Origin: Proteromonas lacertae
Taxonomy: Eukaryota
DNA length: 64,000 bases
Direction of reading: 5' to 3'
Assembly: GCA_002245135.1 (NCBI GenBank)
Contig: NGBS01001180.1
Span: 1 to 64,000 of the forward strand
Shown here one piece after another: positions 1 through 9,375 of this stretch (the first letter of the stretch is position 1; every line of letters begins with the position of its first letter). A program made the translations under genes and the position numbers. The notes beneath the pieces are model-generated. The model saw only the letters and a program-made list of their open reading frames with translations, was not told where the DNA came from and did no database searches.

Positions 1-58
1 AAACGACCTATATAAAACTTTTAACTTATCTTTCAGAGAATCACAAAAGCTAATTATA

Positions 59-877
59 TCATAATTTGCATTGTTTATTATTTACATTATTATCATTGCT
101 ATTATTTCCATTGTTGTTATTATTGTTATTATCATTACTTCCATTGTCTGCATTTACTAATACTCCTCTTACCATATTATCATGTCTATTTTGTATAACA
201 TTTTCCGCTCTTATTTCAGCTGCACTATTATAATGTTCATTATTCATTATGTTAAAATCATTTTCTGGTTCTGGATGTCTTTCATCAATTTCATAATGTG
301 TTTTTTTAATTCTTCTATTTTCTAGTTGTGTAACACCTATTCTCTCTTTTGGGTGTAAAACAACAAATGGATTTCTTTGTAATATAAAATCAGATGCCAT
401 ACACAATTTATCAATACCATCTGCTATACGAGTTTTAAATATGCCACATTCTCTTGCATTAGCAGAGTTTTCATTTCCTGTTAATTTTGGATTATAAGCT
501 TCTAATGGTTTACCATGCGCAAAAGGACCTGTTACAAATAAATTCTTACACCAATTAAACATTTTCATATGTTCATCATATAAATTATATATTCTATTAA
601 ACTCATGATTTGGCCAACCTATTGGAATAAGTCTATATTGAATAATTAATGCTTTGTTAAATCTTTTCACTTCTTGATCCACATAATTATTTAAATCATC
701 TTCACTTATATTTTGAAATGGTATGACTTGATTCCTTCTATGTCTTCTTCTATGTCTTATTCTGCTCATATCAATAGGTACATTGTCTTCATTTTCTTCA
801 TCTTCATATTCATCATCATCTGTGGGTCCATCTTCTTCATCATCATTTGAATTGTTAACTTGAGGTTGCGGTTGCAT
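59..877 (-). CDS. Hypothetical protein, probably viral (acidic N-terminus, Arg/His-rich patch, Asn-rich tail)
   Basis: Intronless 272-aa ORF transcribed divergently from the capsid genes, 79 bp away; no recognised domain. Confidence 0.6.
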   Translation of the reverse strand: MQPQPQVNNSNDDEEDGPTDDDEYEDEENEDNVPIDMSRIRHRRRHRRNQVIPFQNISEDDLNNYVDQEVKRFNKALIIQYRLIPIGWPNHEFNRIYNLYDEHMKMFNWCKNLFVTGPFAHGKPLEAYNPKLTGNENSANARECGIFKTRIADGIDKLCMASDFILQRNPFVVLHPKERIGVTQLENRRIKKTHYEIDERHPEPENDFNIMNNEHYNSAAEIRAENVIQNRHDNMVRGVLVNADNGSNDNNNNNNNGNNSNDNNVNNKQCKL

Positions 878-956
878 ATATATATAACAATATATAAATT
901 AAAGAATAATTCAAATAAAATTATATTTTAATATTTCTCAACAATTATAAAACATA

Positions 957-1928
957 ATGCAACCAAAAGATAGTAACAACATATTAGCTAATAGAAGAAC
1001 ATTGTTCTTAACAACATCAGACTATAATGAAAAATTATCTAATAAATGGGTTAGATGTATTAATACTCCAACTATTACTGAAAAATATCAATATATGAGT
1101 TTAATTACTGCAGTTATTCCAAATAACTTCTATACAGTACAAGATGAAGTAAATGATCATATTCTCTTTAATTTCACTTACTACGAATGCATAAATCCAG
1201 ATAAAACAAATCCAGCAGAATGGGAAAAACCTGAGAATCAGCTTGGACCTTATTATAAAACTATTGATGCTAAAATACCTCAAAGAAATTATACTGGTAA
1301 AGAATTATTAGAATTTTTTAGTAATAAGTTACTATCGTTAAGTTTTGCAGAAATAGCAGGTGCAGCAGGACCATTGCCAGATGAAGATCTTTCACAAAAC
1401 TATCCGTTTCGTAAAATAGATGATCAAACAGATATACTTCAATTTAGTGAAAGTTCAGAAAATAGATTACACTTAAAATTCAAATACTTAACTCATTTTG
1501 GTAGATTATATTTCACAGATTTTAGCATTGAATTCCCTAACTTAGTTTATAAGTTATATGGTGTAGATGAGATGAACAAAAAGTTAGATATTTATCATAC
1601 AGCAGCTCCAATTGAAGCATTTTTTAATAATATTGATATAGAATATGACAAAATATTGCCTAATCAACCGTCTTTAATTTGGGTGTCATTCATACAAATT
1701 AGATGTGATTGGGTTAATAGTGGTGAGAATTCAATGGTTTTAGCTAACATACCTGTGAAAGATCTTAATACTAACTACACCACATTCACTAATCCACAAA
1801 TTGAATGGACAGCTAAGAAGATGCAATATCACGAATATCAACGAATGACTATATCAGTCACACAACAAGATGGTTATGCAATTTATTTAAAAAACTTACC
1901 TATTTATTTTGAGATCATTTTGTATTAA
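957..1928 (+). CDS. PLV/virophage-type minor capsid (penton) protein
   Basis: Motifs SLITAVIPNNFYTV, IPQRNYTGKEL and C-terminal ISVTQQDGYAIYLKNLPIYFEI match the single-jelly-roll penton pattern (IPNSFYNI...IPxGNY...LTDxxGxxIDLxG). Lies directly upstream of the MCP and ATPase genes. Confidence 0.8.
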   Translation: MQPKDSNNILANRRTLFLTTSDYNEKLSNKWVRCINTPTITEKYQYMSLITAVIPNNFYTVQDEVNDHILFNFTYYECINPDKTNPAEWEKPENQLGPYYKTIDAKIPQRNYTGKELLEFFSNKLLSLSFAEIAGAAGPLPDEDLSQNYPFRKIDDQTDILQFSESSENRLHLKFKYLTHFGRLYFTDFSIEFPNLVYKLYGVDEMNKKLDIYHTAAPIEAFFNNIDIEYDKILPNQPSLIWVSFIQIRCDWVNSGENSMVLANIPVKDLNTNYTTFTNPQIEWTAKKMQYHEYQRMTISVTQQDGYAIYLKNLPIYFEIILY

Positions 1929-1981
1929 TAAATTTCTTGCTATTTTTAAGTATTTTTTAATCTTTTAAAATAACATAAATT

Positions 1982-3404
1982 ATGTCAATCACTGCTATAC
2001 CTAATTCACAAAAGCATGAAAGCATTGTGCCAGCTTACATACCAATTTACAACCATATTTTAGTTACTCCAAACCAAAGCAGGAATGAGACTGTTTTATC
2101 TTTAAATTCAAACAGTGATGCTATTACATTTGAAATATCTGGTGATAATTGTGTTAACTTATCAAAAAGCTATTTTGAATTCATATTAGATTATACTACA
2201 GGTCAAACTAGAGCTCATGCTGCTGCAGATTCAGGTAATTGGGATATGCCTTTTGTACCTAAAAGAGATACTAGTGCAAATAATTTAGATAAACTAACAT
2301 TGAAGAATACTATGAATTTTGGTACATTAAAAGTATACAACAAAACAGGAACTTTGCTATGTGATTTGGATACTAGTTATAATGAATATAGAGATTTAGC
2401 TCATGAAATTGCAAATCAATTTCCTTATGATTTAAAAGAACCAGATTATTACAAGAAAATATTTGATGGTTTAGGATTTAATACTGCAAATCAAAAAATA
2501 GGGTGAAAATTTATTATGTCATTCAGCTAATACATTAAATCCAAGTGGAGGTGTTCAAAATTATTATGTAATGCAAAATGGTATGACAGATACATTACAT
2601 GGTCAAATACTGTGTAGATTTCATTTTGCAGACATATACAATACTATTTTAGCTTTGAAGAATGATATTTATTTTGGTGAAGTAATATACATACAATTCA
2701 CATTTGCACCTATAATGAATTGGGTTCATCTAAATGATGGAGATAAATATATAAACCAATGGCAAGCATTTTTAGGAATGAAAATAGTTAATCCTCATCT
2801 TTATGTTTGTTATAACAAAGATCCAACTTGCAATGCCAATACCATCAATTATTCAACTCATCATCCTATTGACTTTACTGATTTTAACATAGTTCAAATA
2901 ACTAAAGATCCTATTCCAGGTAATAGTACTTTTAACTATAACTTCAGTATTAATAGCAGTATAGGAAGTTATGTTAAGTTTATATTATACAGAGCATACA
3001 TAAATGATGCTTATATAAGAACTATAGTTCCTTTTGATAAAGAAGAAGATAGAATTAGATGGCAAATTAATGATTTTGTCTATACTCCTGATTATTTATA
3101 TCCTGCAAAATATCAAACTTGGGAATATATGAGAAATATTATTCAAAATACATTATATGAAAAATGTTCAGCATATTCATTCCCTTATAGATTCTTTGAT
3201 GTATTAAATTTCAGTACTGATCGATTAACTGAATTAAAATTAAGAGCTGGTAAAGACTTAGCAAGTGATTTAAAAATTACATTAGATTGCTCAAATCATG
3301 ATTTTGATACTGCAAAAAATACTTATACAATTCATCATAAATTCTATATTATTACAGGTAAACAATTAGTTATTGGACCAAGAGGTGTTGAGAAAGTAGT
3401 ATAA
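1982..3404 (+). pseudogene. PLV-type double-jelly-roll major capsid protein, split by a +1 frameshift (~473 aa if repaired)
   Basis: N-terminal PNQ...ITFEISGDNCVNLSKSYFEF is typical of PLV MCP. The downstream frame is open from 2502 (GENLLCHS...), so removing one G of GGG at 2501-2503 joins ORFs 1982-2506 and 2571-3404. Confidence 0.78.
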
Positions 3405-3481
3405 ATAACACTTTATTATTGACTTCTATTTTTATTTTTTGATTTCTCACTACATAATATATATATATATATATATACACT

Positions 3482-4243
3482 ATGTTTAAATTTGAAAAAA
3501 TAAATAATATACAAATTGAACCTGTTGATGGTGGTGAGTCATTTGATCCTAAGAAAATTCTGGGATATGATTACTTTAATGAGCCTTTCTGCAATATATT
3601 TATTGTAGCTCGTAAGAACAGTGGGAAAACTACTTTGATATACAATATATTAAGACATATTATAGATCCAAAATATAAGAAAAAACAACATGTACATTTT
3701 TTCGTAGGTACAATTAAACAAGATAGGATATATGATTCAATTAAAGAGTTATTAGATTATAATGAAATTAGTTATGATGAAAACGATTCATTATTTGAAC
3801 CTTACTCAGGAGATAATTTAGTAGAGAAGTTAATGAAATCAATTGATGATACAAACAAAGATAATTTTGAGTATGCAGAACATATTATAATATTTGATGA
3901 TCTTAGTTTAGAGTTGAAAACAGCTAATATCATACCAGTATTAATGAAAGAAAATAGACATTTAAAATCAAAAATTATAATTAGTAGTCAATATATTACT
4001 GATATAGTACCTTCAGCAAGATCACAAGTAGATTATTGTTTAACATTTTATGGATTGAGTAATAGAAATTTGTTTGACTTATACAACTCATTGAATATAT
4101 GGATACCTGAATATGAAACATTTAAAGAGTTATATTTAGCTGTTACTAAGCCACAATATAACTTCTTATATATTGATAATGTTAAAAAAGTGTTTAGAGC
4201 TAACTTCAATATTTTGATTGAAGATCATTCTGAAGTTTCATGA
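3482..4243 (+). CDS. A32-like (FtsK/HerA superfamily) genome-packaging ATPase
   Basis: Walker A ARKNSGKT, Walker B IIIFDDL, and the A32 signature NRHLKSKIIISSQY followed by PSARSQVDY. Confidence 0.92.
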   Translation: MFKFEKINNIQIEPVDGGESFDPKKILGYDYFNEPFCNIFIVARKNSGKTTLIYNILRHIIDPKYKKKQHVHFFVGTIKQDRIYDSIKELLDYNEISYDENDSLFEPYSGDNLVEKLMKSIDDTNKDNFEYAEHIIIFDDLSLELKTANIIPVLMKENRHLKSKIIISSQYITDIVPSARSQVDYCLTFYGLSNRNLFDLYNSLNIWIPEYETFKELYLAVTKPQYNFLYIDNVKKVFRANFNILIEDHSEVS

Positions 4244-4287
4244 TGTTTTTATTGATTTTGTTATTTTATTGTTTATTAATACAAAAA

Positions 4288-5169
4288 ATGTTTATTGGGG
4301 AACGAAATACTTCAGATATAAATATTGATACAGATAAGCTTGCTAAAGATATAGCTGACAAAATAAATATACAACCTACTGATCCTGATACTATTGTTAA
4401 ACCCATCAATGATGAAATTGAAAAATGTAATATTAAAATAAGTGGATGTGATAATAAAATTACTAGTACATTAAGTGCAGTTACAACATTATCATATAAT
4501 AATGAAAATAATGAATATATTAGTAAAGAGACACTTGGAACATATTATTATCAAAATGATTATGAAGATTTTATGAAGAACAAAAGTGGTAAGTTTATGT
4601 ATTCTATCTATAAACATTGCAAAACTATGAATATAATATTTCCTACTATATTAGGTAAGTATTATACTACATGGACTGTATCGTTAAAAGAAGATTTAGG
4701 TAATAATAAGTATAATGAACAAATAATTGATCGTATACCTATTACAGTTACAATCTTCCCAAATTTTATGAGAATTAAAACATTAAAATTATGTCAAATA
4801 TTTAGTGGTAATAGACAACTTCGTAAAATTCGTTTACGTTTAGATAATGATTCTCTTTTATATCCTAAATATAGTTCAGATGATAAATTCTATTCATTTT
4901 TTGATCATTTATATAATCAATACCCTAATGATGGATCTAATGCAGTACCATTCCCTATAGAGATTCATAACAATAGTGTTACCCCACCTCAAAAATTATC
5001 TTGTAATTTTTATTTATATCATTTTAATGAAAATAAAGTTCTATTATGGTTAGAAAGTGATGGATGTGAAGGTGATCAGTATCAAGCAATATTACCTCAA
5101 ACAATTGATACAAAGATTATAGATTTTGGTTTAAGACATGTTTACCCTAATGATCAATCTTTATTATAG
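4288..5169 (+). CDS. Hypothetical viral protein, possibly fibre/spike-like
   Basis: Intronless ORF following the ATPase, with a short heptad-like N-terminal helix and a beta-rich C-terminus. Likely start is ATG 4288 (the track starts at 4240). Confidence 0.5.
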   Translation: MFIGERNTSDINIDTDKLAKDIADKINIQPTDPDTIVKPINDEIEKCNIKISGCDNKITSTLSAVTTLSYNNENNEYISKETLGTYYYQNDYEDFMKNKSGKFMYSIYKHCKTMNIIFPTILGKYYTTWTVSLKEDLGNNKYNEQIIDRIPITVTIFPNFMRIKTLKLCQIFSGNRQLRKIRLRLDNDSLLYPKYSSDDKFYSFFDHLYNQYPNDGSNAVPFPIEIHNNSVTPPQKLSCNFYLYHFNENKVLLWLESDGCEGDQYQAILPQTIDTKIIDFGLRHVYPNDQSLL

Positions 5170-5453
5170 TTTTAATATGAATTTATTATGTTTATTATTA
5201 TTTTTATTATTTTTTATTATATTATGTGATTTTTATTAAATTACGCATATTTTTAAACTCTGTTCCAAATCATTTTAAAATAAAGATTCGTTTTAAAATT
5301 TAGACTATGTTTATCGTAGTTTGATCATTATTTCCTTTAACTTCTTCTTGTACTTCTTCTTCTTCCTCATCATCACTATCATCAAATATATAATTCTTCT
5401 TTACATAATGTTTCAACATAGGATTCTTCTTCAAATGAACACTTCCCATTCCT

Positions 5454-5777
5454 TCAGGTAGTGTTAAACTCAATATACTTATCGAACACTGCAAAATAAT
5501 GTCTATTTAATCCTCTTGGTTTTACTGATGGTTTAATATCGAAAAGCATCATGTAATATCTCTTATCACTATACTTTGTCCACATCTTTTGATGGCAAAT
5601 AGCGCAGAATTCATTATAAGACTTTATCTCTTCCTTAGGTAATGGACTATCTAAAACTGCACTGATATTATGGTTAAAATATAAGTAAAACTTACATGTT
5701 CCACATATACACTTGTCCAAATAATCTTCATTATTTCTAAATGAACAAAAGAAAGCAAAGTTTACTGAAGCACACAT
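5454..5777 (-). CDS. Small Cys-rich (CxCxxC...CxxC) hypothetical protein
   Basis: 107-aa ORF containing CICGTC and CAICH. It overlaps an acidic 64-aa ORF (5300-5494) that may be its frameshifted continuation. Confidence 0.45.
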   Translation of the reverse strand: MCASVNFAFFCSFRNNEDYLDKCICGTCKFYLYFNHNISAVLDSPLPKEEIKSYNEFCAICHQKMWTKYSDKRYYMMLFDIKPSVKPRGLNRHYFAVFDKYIEFNTT

Positions 5778-6406
5778 ATTTTATATTTTTTGATAAAAAC
5801 GGTTTTTCTAAAATGCCAGGAAAATCAAAACTGTTTCTTTTTTCTGTTTATAACAACAGTTTCTCGTCAGAATTTCGATTTATTAAAAAATATAGAATAC
5901 TGTAGATAATTCTTTAAATATATATTTTTGACACTATTTAAATTCTTTTGAATGTTTTTAACTACACTATATAAATCCATAAATAATTTGATAAATGAAA
6001 AAAATAACTAAAAAAAGTAAGAACGCATTCTGTAGCTTGGCCACCACACTATTTAATCACTAAGTCCTAGCTAGGCTACACAGGACACGCTACTTACTTA
6101 CATAGAAATACATTTCTTATTATATAAAGTAGCTACCCTGCCGGGGTAGAACAGGTAGCTACCTATCTATTTATTACACTTTATTTCTACTATCCTACGC
6201 TAAAAACTATTGAAAACATAAAAATAAAATTTGATCCATAAATTTATTCACACACTAAAATATATACACAATTTTAAATTCATCACTTGCTCCAGTATAA
6301 CCCGTACCAAAAACTAATTCACACTCAAATCGCTTATTCTTATCTGTAGAAGGCACCTAAGAATAGTCTGGTACGGTTTACCCATATACAGTGATATTCT
6401 TACGGT

Positions 6407-7414
6407 TATACATATATCCAAAATTTGAAGTTTGCAGTTGAACATGGCTATAAAGTGGGTAAAGTGTACAGAATAATGAGATTTACTGAAGGTCTATATA
6501 TGGGTAAATATATTAATACTATGGTACAAAAAAGAGTCCAAGCTAAGGAAAACAATCAAAATACTACTGCAGACTATATAAAGAAATTAATGAATAGCTT
6601 ATACGGTAAATTTATGGAGCGTGTTGAAAAGAGAAGTAACATTTCTTTAATTACTAATGAAGACCAAATGATTAATGCTGCAAGTGATCCATGGTTTAAA
6701 GACTTTATCATTATTGAAGGTGATTTAAGAATTGCACATTTTCATAAGAAGCTATATGAAATTAATAAACCTATACAAATTGGAATGGTTATCTTAGCAC
6801 TGTCTAAACTCAAAATGCAAAAATATTGGTATGATGTATTAGATAAAAAATATGGTTCTGATAAGCTAACGCTATGTATGACTGATACTGATAGTATACT
6901 TTTCTCAGTTGAAACTAATGATATTTTTAAAGACTTAGAGGATCCTATCTTTAATAATTGGATTGATGGAAGTAATCTGAAAAATCCTTATTTAGAAAAT
7001 TATAAGTTAGATATACATAGAGCTGTTCATCCAGGTACACTAAATCGATTAAAATTTGAAGAGCAGGATAAGAATAATAAAAACCTATATGTTATAACAA
7101 AGTTTATAGGATTAAAATCAAAGTGTTATATATACGAAAAGGAGAAAGTGAATGATGATTCTGATAATAATACTAATACTGACAATCGTTGTAAAGGTAT
7201 TAATGTGAAAGTTTCTAGAAAAATAACTTATGATATATACAATGATTTTGTTGAAGGTGCTAGTAAAAGTCAAAAATATGAAGTATGTCAAATCAAATCA
7301 ATACATCATAATGTTTATACAACAGTACAAAACAAAACTGGCTTAACCTATTATGATGATAAAAGATATTTTTTTGATAAATACAATACATTGCCATATG
7401 GATATAAAAAATAA
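6407..7414 (+). pseudogene. Protein-primed family B DNA polymerase (Polinton-type), C-terminal fragment
   Basis: Motif B KKLMNSLYGKF, motif C MTDTDS, GLKSKCY, KGI and terminal DDKRY...TLPYGY. Exonuclease domain and motif A are absent; there is an in-frame stop at 6392. Confidence 0.93.
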
Positions 7415-7447
7415 TAATTAATTAATACTTATATATTTATTTTTCTT

Positions 7448-9375
7448 TTAAAATACTGACACCTCTTCATATTGAGGTACAAATTGAGGTACATTTGCAG
7501 TTACTATAAATTTTGAGCCATATTGTGGTGTTTGTTGACTATATTTTCTTGCTTTTTGTGGTATAACATGAAAAGTGTTATCGTATGGATTAATATATTC
7601 ATCACTAAACTTTTCAGTTTTTATAGAATCTGCCATTCTATTTAATCTTGTTTTCACTGAATTTATAATATTTTCTCTCACATTTTCTCTTCTTCTCATT
7701 CTATTAGTAGTTCTATTCATATCTAAATCTTTATTTACTGTACTACGTTCTATATTTTTTATTATTGCCTTACGTCTCTCTATAAACTTCCTCACTTGAT
7801 TGTAAGTTAAAGTATTTGGATCTAATTTTACAGGTTCTTCTGGTCTATTACTATATTTTTCATTATATTCTTTCAAATTATCAAAGTATTTGTTTATTCT
7901 TTTCAGTTTATCATCAATACTTTCTTTATTTGGCGGAAGGTTAATTTCATCTGATTCTTCATTAATAGTTGGAACAATATTATTAGGTCGCTGTAATAAG
8001 TCAGGATTGACTATATCTGTATTAACTGGATTTGGTATTGTTAAATCTAAAGTTGGTTCATTGTATATTAAATCATTCATCATGGGATATTGTACAAGTC
8101 CTAAATCATTATAAGAAGGTTTATTTGCATTATTCATTACACTTGCTAACTGAGTAGCATATACTGATTTTTCTTCTTCCATTCGTTTTAATATTTGTTG
8201 CATGTTATTTTGATATGTTAAATCATTTCCTTTAAGAGCTTTGATTGCTTCATTCTTTATGTATTCTATTTCATTTTGTTGATTATTTAATGACTATTCG
8301 CCTACTAATAAAGTTTCATTTAATTTCTTTTGTAATAATGCATTTTCTTCTACAGCTGAATTGTATAGTTGTTGTTGTTCTTGCAGTTTTTGTACATATT
8401 TATTTATTTCTACTTGAATCTTCATTTGCATATCCTCTAATTGTGTTTTATCTTTATCTCTAGTATTTTGCAATTCCTCAGATATAGCATTATAGCTTTC
8501 TTGAAGACTAGTTAAATCTTTTTCTGCTTGTTCATGATTCATTTTTAATGATAACATTTCATTTTCTCTTATTGACAATTTATCATTTATTGTATTATAT
8601 TGAATTAAATTTTGTTCTTTTTCTCTTTGTAATTCATTTATTCTGCTATTTAAATTTGTTACATTTTGTTGTACTTCTGCTTTACTGTATGGGTAATCCT
8701 CTTTATATGTATTATAATCACTTACAATTTTATTTTTGATTTCTTCTAAAGCTTTTAATTGTTCATCTTTTATATTTAAACTCTGTATATATTGTGTTTT
8801 GAGATTTTCTGCATTATTTAATGCTAAATTTAATTCTCTTTTATTTTGATTATTTGCATTTTTCAACTCCTCATTCTGTTGTTTTAATTCTTTAATTTGT
8901 TTTTCATATAAACTTTTTAATTCTTGATAACTTTCTTCATTATATTTCTGAGCATATAATTTATGCTTACTTTTAAATTCTTCAAGAATATTTTCTTTAT
9001 TGTTTAATTGAATCTTGTTACTTTCAAATAATTTATTAATTTCTTCTTTTTGTTGTTTTAAACGTTCTACCATATCCTTATAAGAAGTATTTTCAGTAAC
9101 TAAATCATCTCTTTTATTTCTTAGAGTTTTTAAATTATTCTCCAAAGCTATTTTTTATTCTTTCAGCTTCATCTGCTTTTAATTTAACCATATTATCATA
9201 ATTCTGTTGTTGTGCTGCTTTATCATCAGCATGTTCTTTATTAAACTTTTTTATCTCTGCTGCAGTATCTGCTTTAAATTTATTACAAGCAGCTAATGCT
9301 TCATCTTTTTCTTTTAATATATCAGTTATCATATTTCTATATTTATCAGCCTCCAGTTGGATTTCTAAACAATAA
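7448..9375 (-). pseudogene. Long coiled-coil protein gene, probably viral, disrupted by a frameshift (~9150) and an in-frame TAG (8294-8296)
   Basis: ORFs 8294-9145 and 7448-8203 share a frame with only one TAG between them. ORF 9135-9332 joins if one A is removed from the A6 run near 9151-9156. Confidence 0.7.

Larger units (their letters stand above)
957..9350. mobile_element. Degraded endogenous Polinton-like virus / virophage-type element (left boundary may lie before the window)
   Basis: Compact intronless cluster of minor capsid, major capsid, A32-type ATPase and protein-primed PolB genes with several inactivating lesions. No terminal inverted repeat or integrase was identified. Confidence 0.88.

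Noticed and set aside
1929..1945. 17-nt match TAAATTTCTTGCTATTT also at ~61589
   Set aside because: Low-complexity AT-rich match with no extension; plausibly chance.
3457..3478. (TA)n microsatellites (also ~16534-16556 and 25633-25653)
   Set aside because: Ordinary simple repeats in intergenic or intronic DNA.
6129..6200. Weak reverse-complement similarity to ~40056-40115
   Set aside because: Too gapped to support by eye.
8294..8296. Alternative genetic code (TAG read-through)
   Set aside because: A single case within a decayed element; TAA, TAG and TGA all end genes normally elsewhere.
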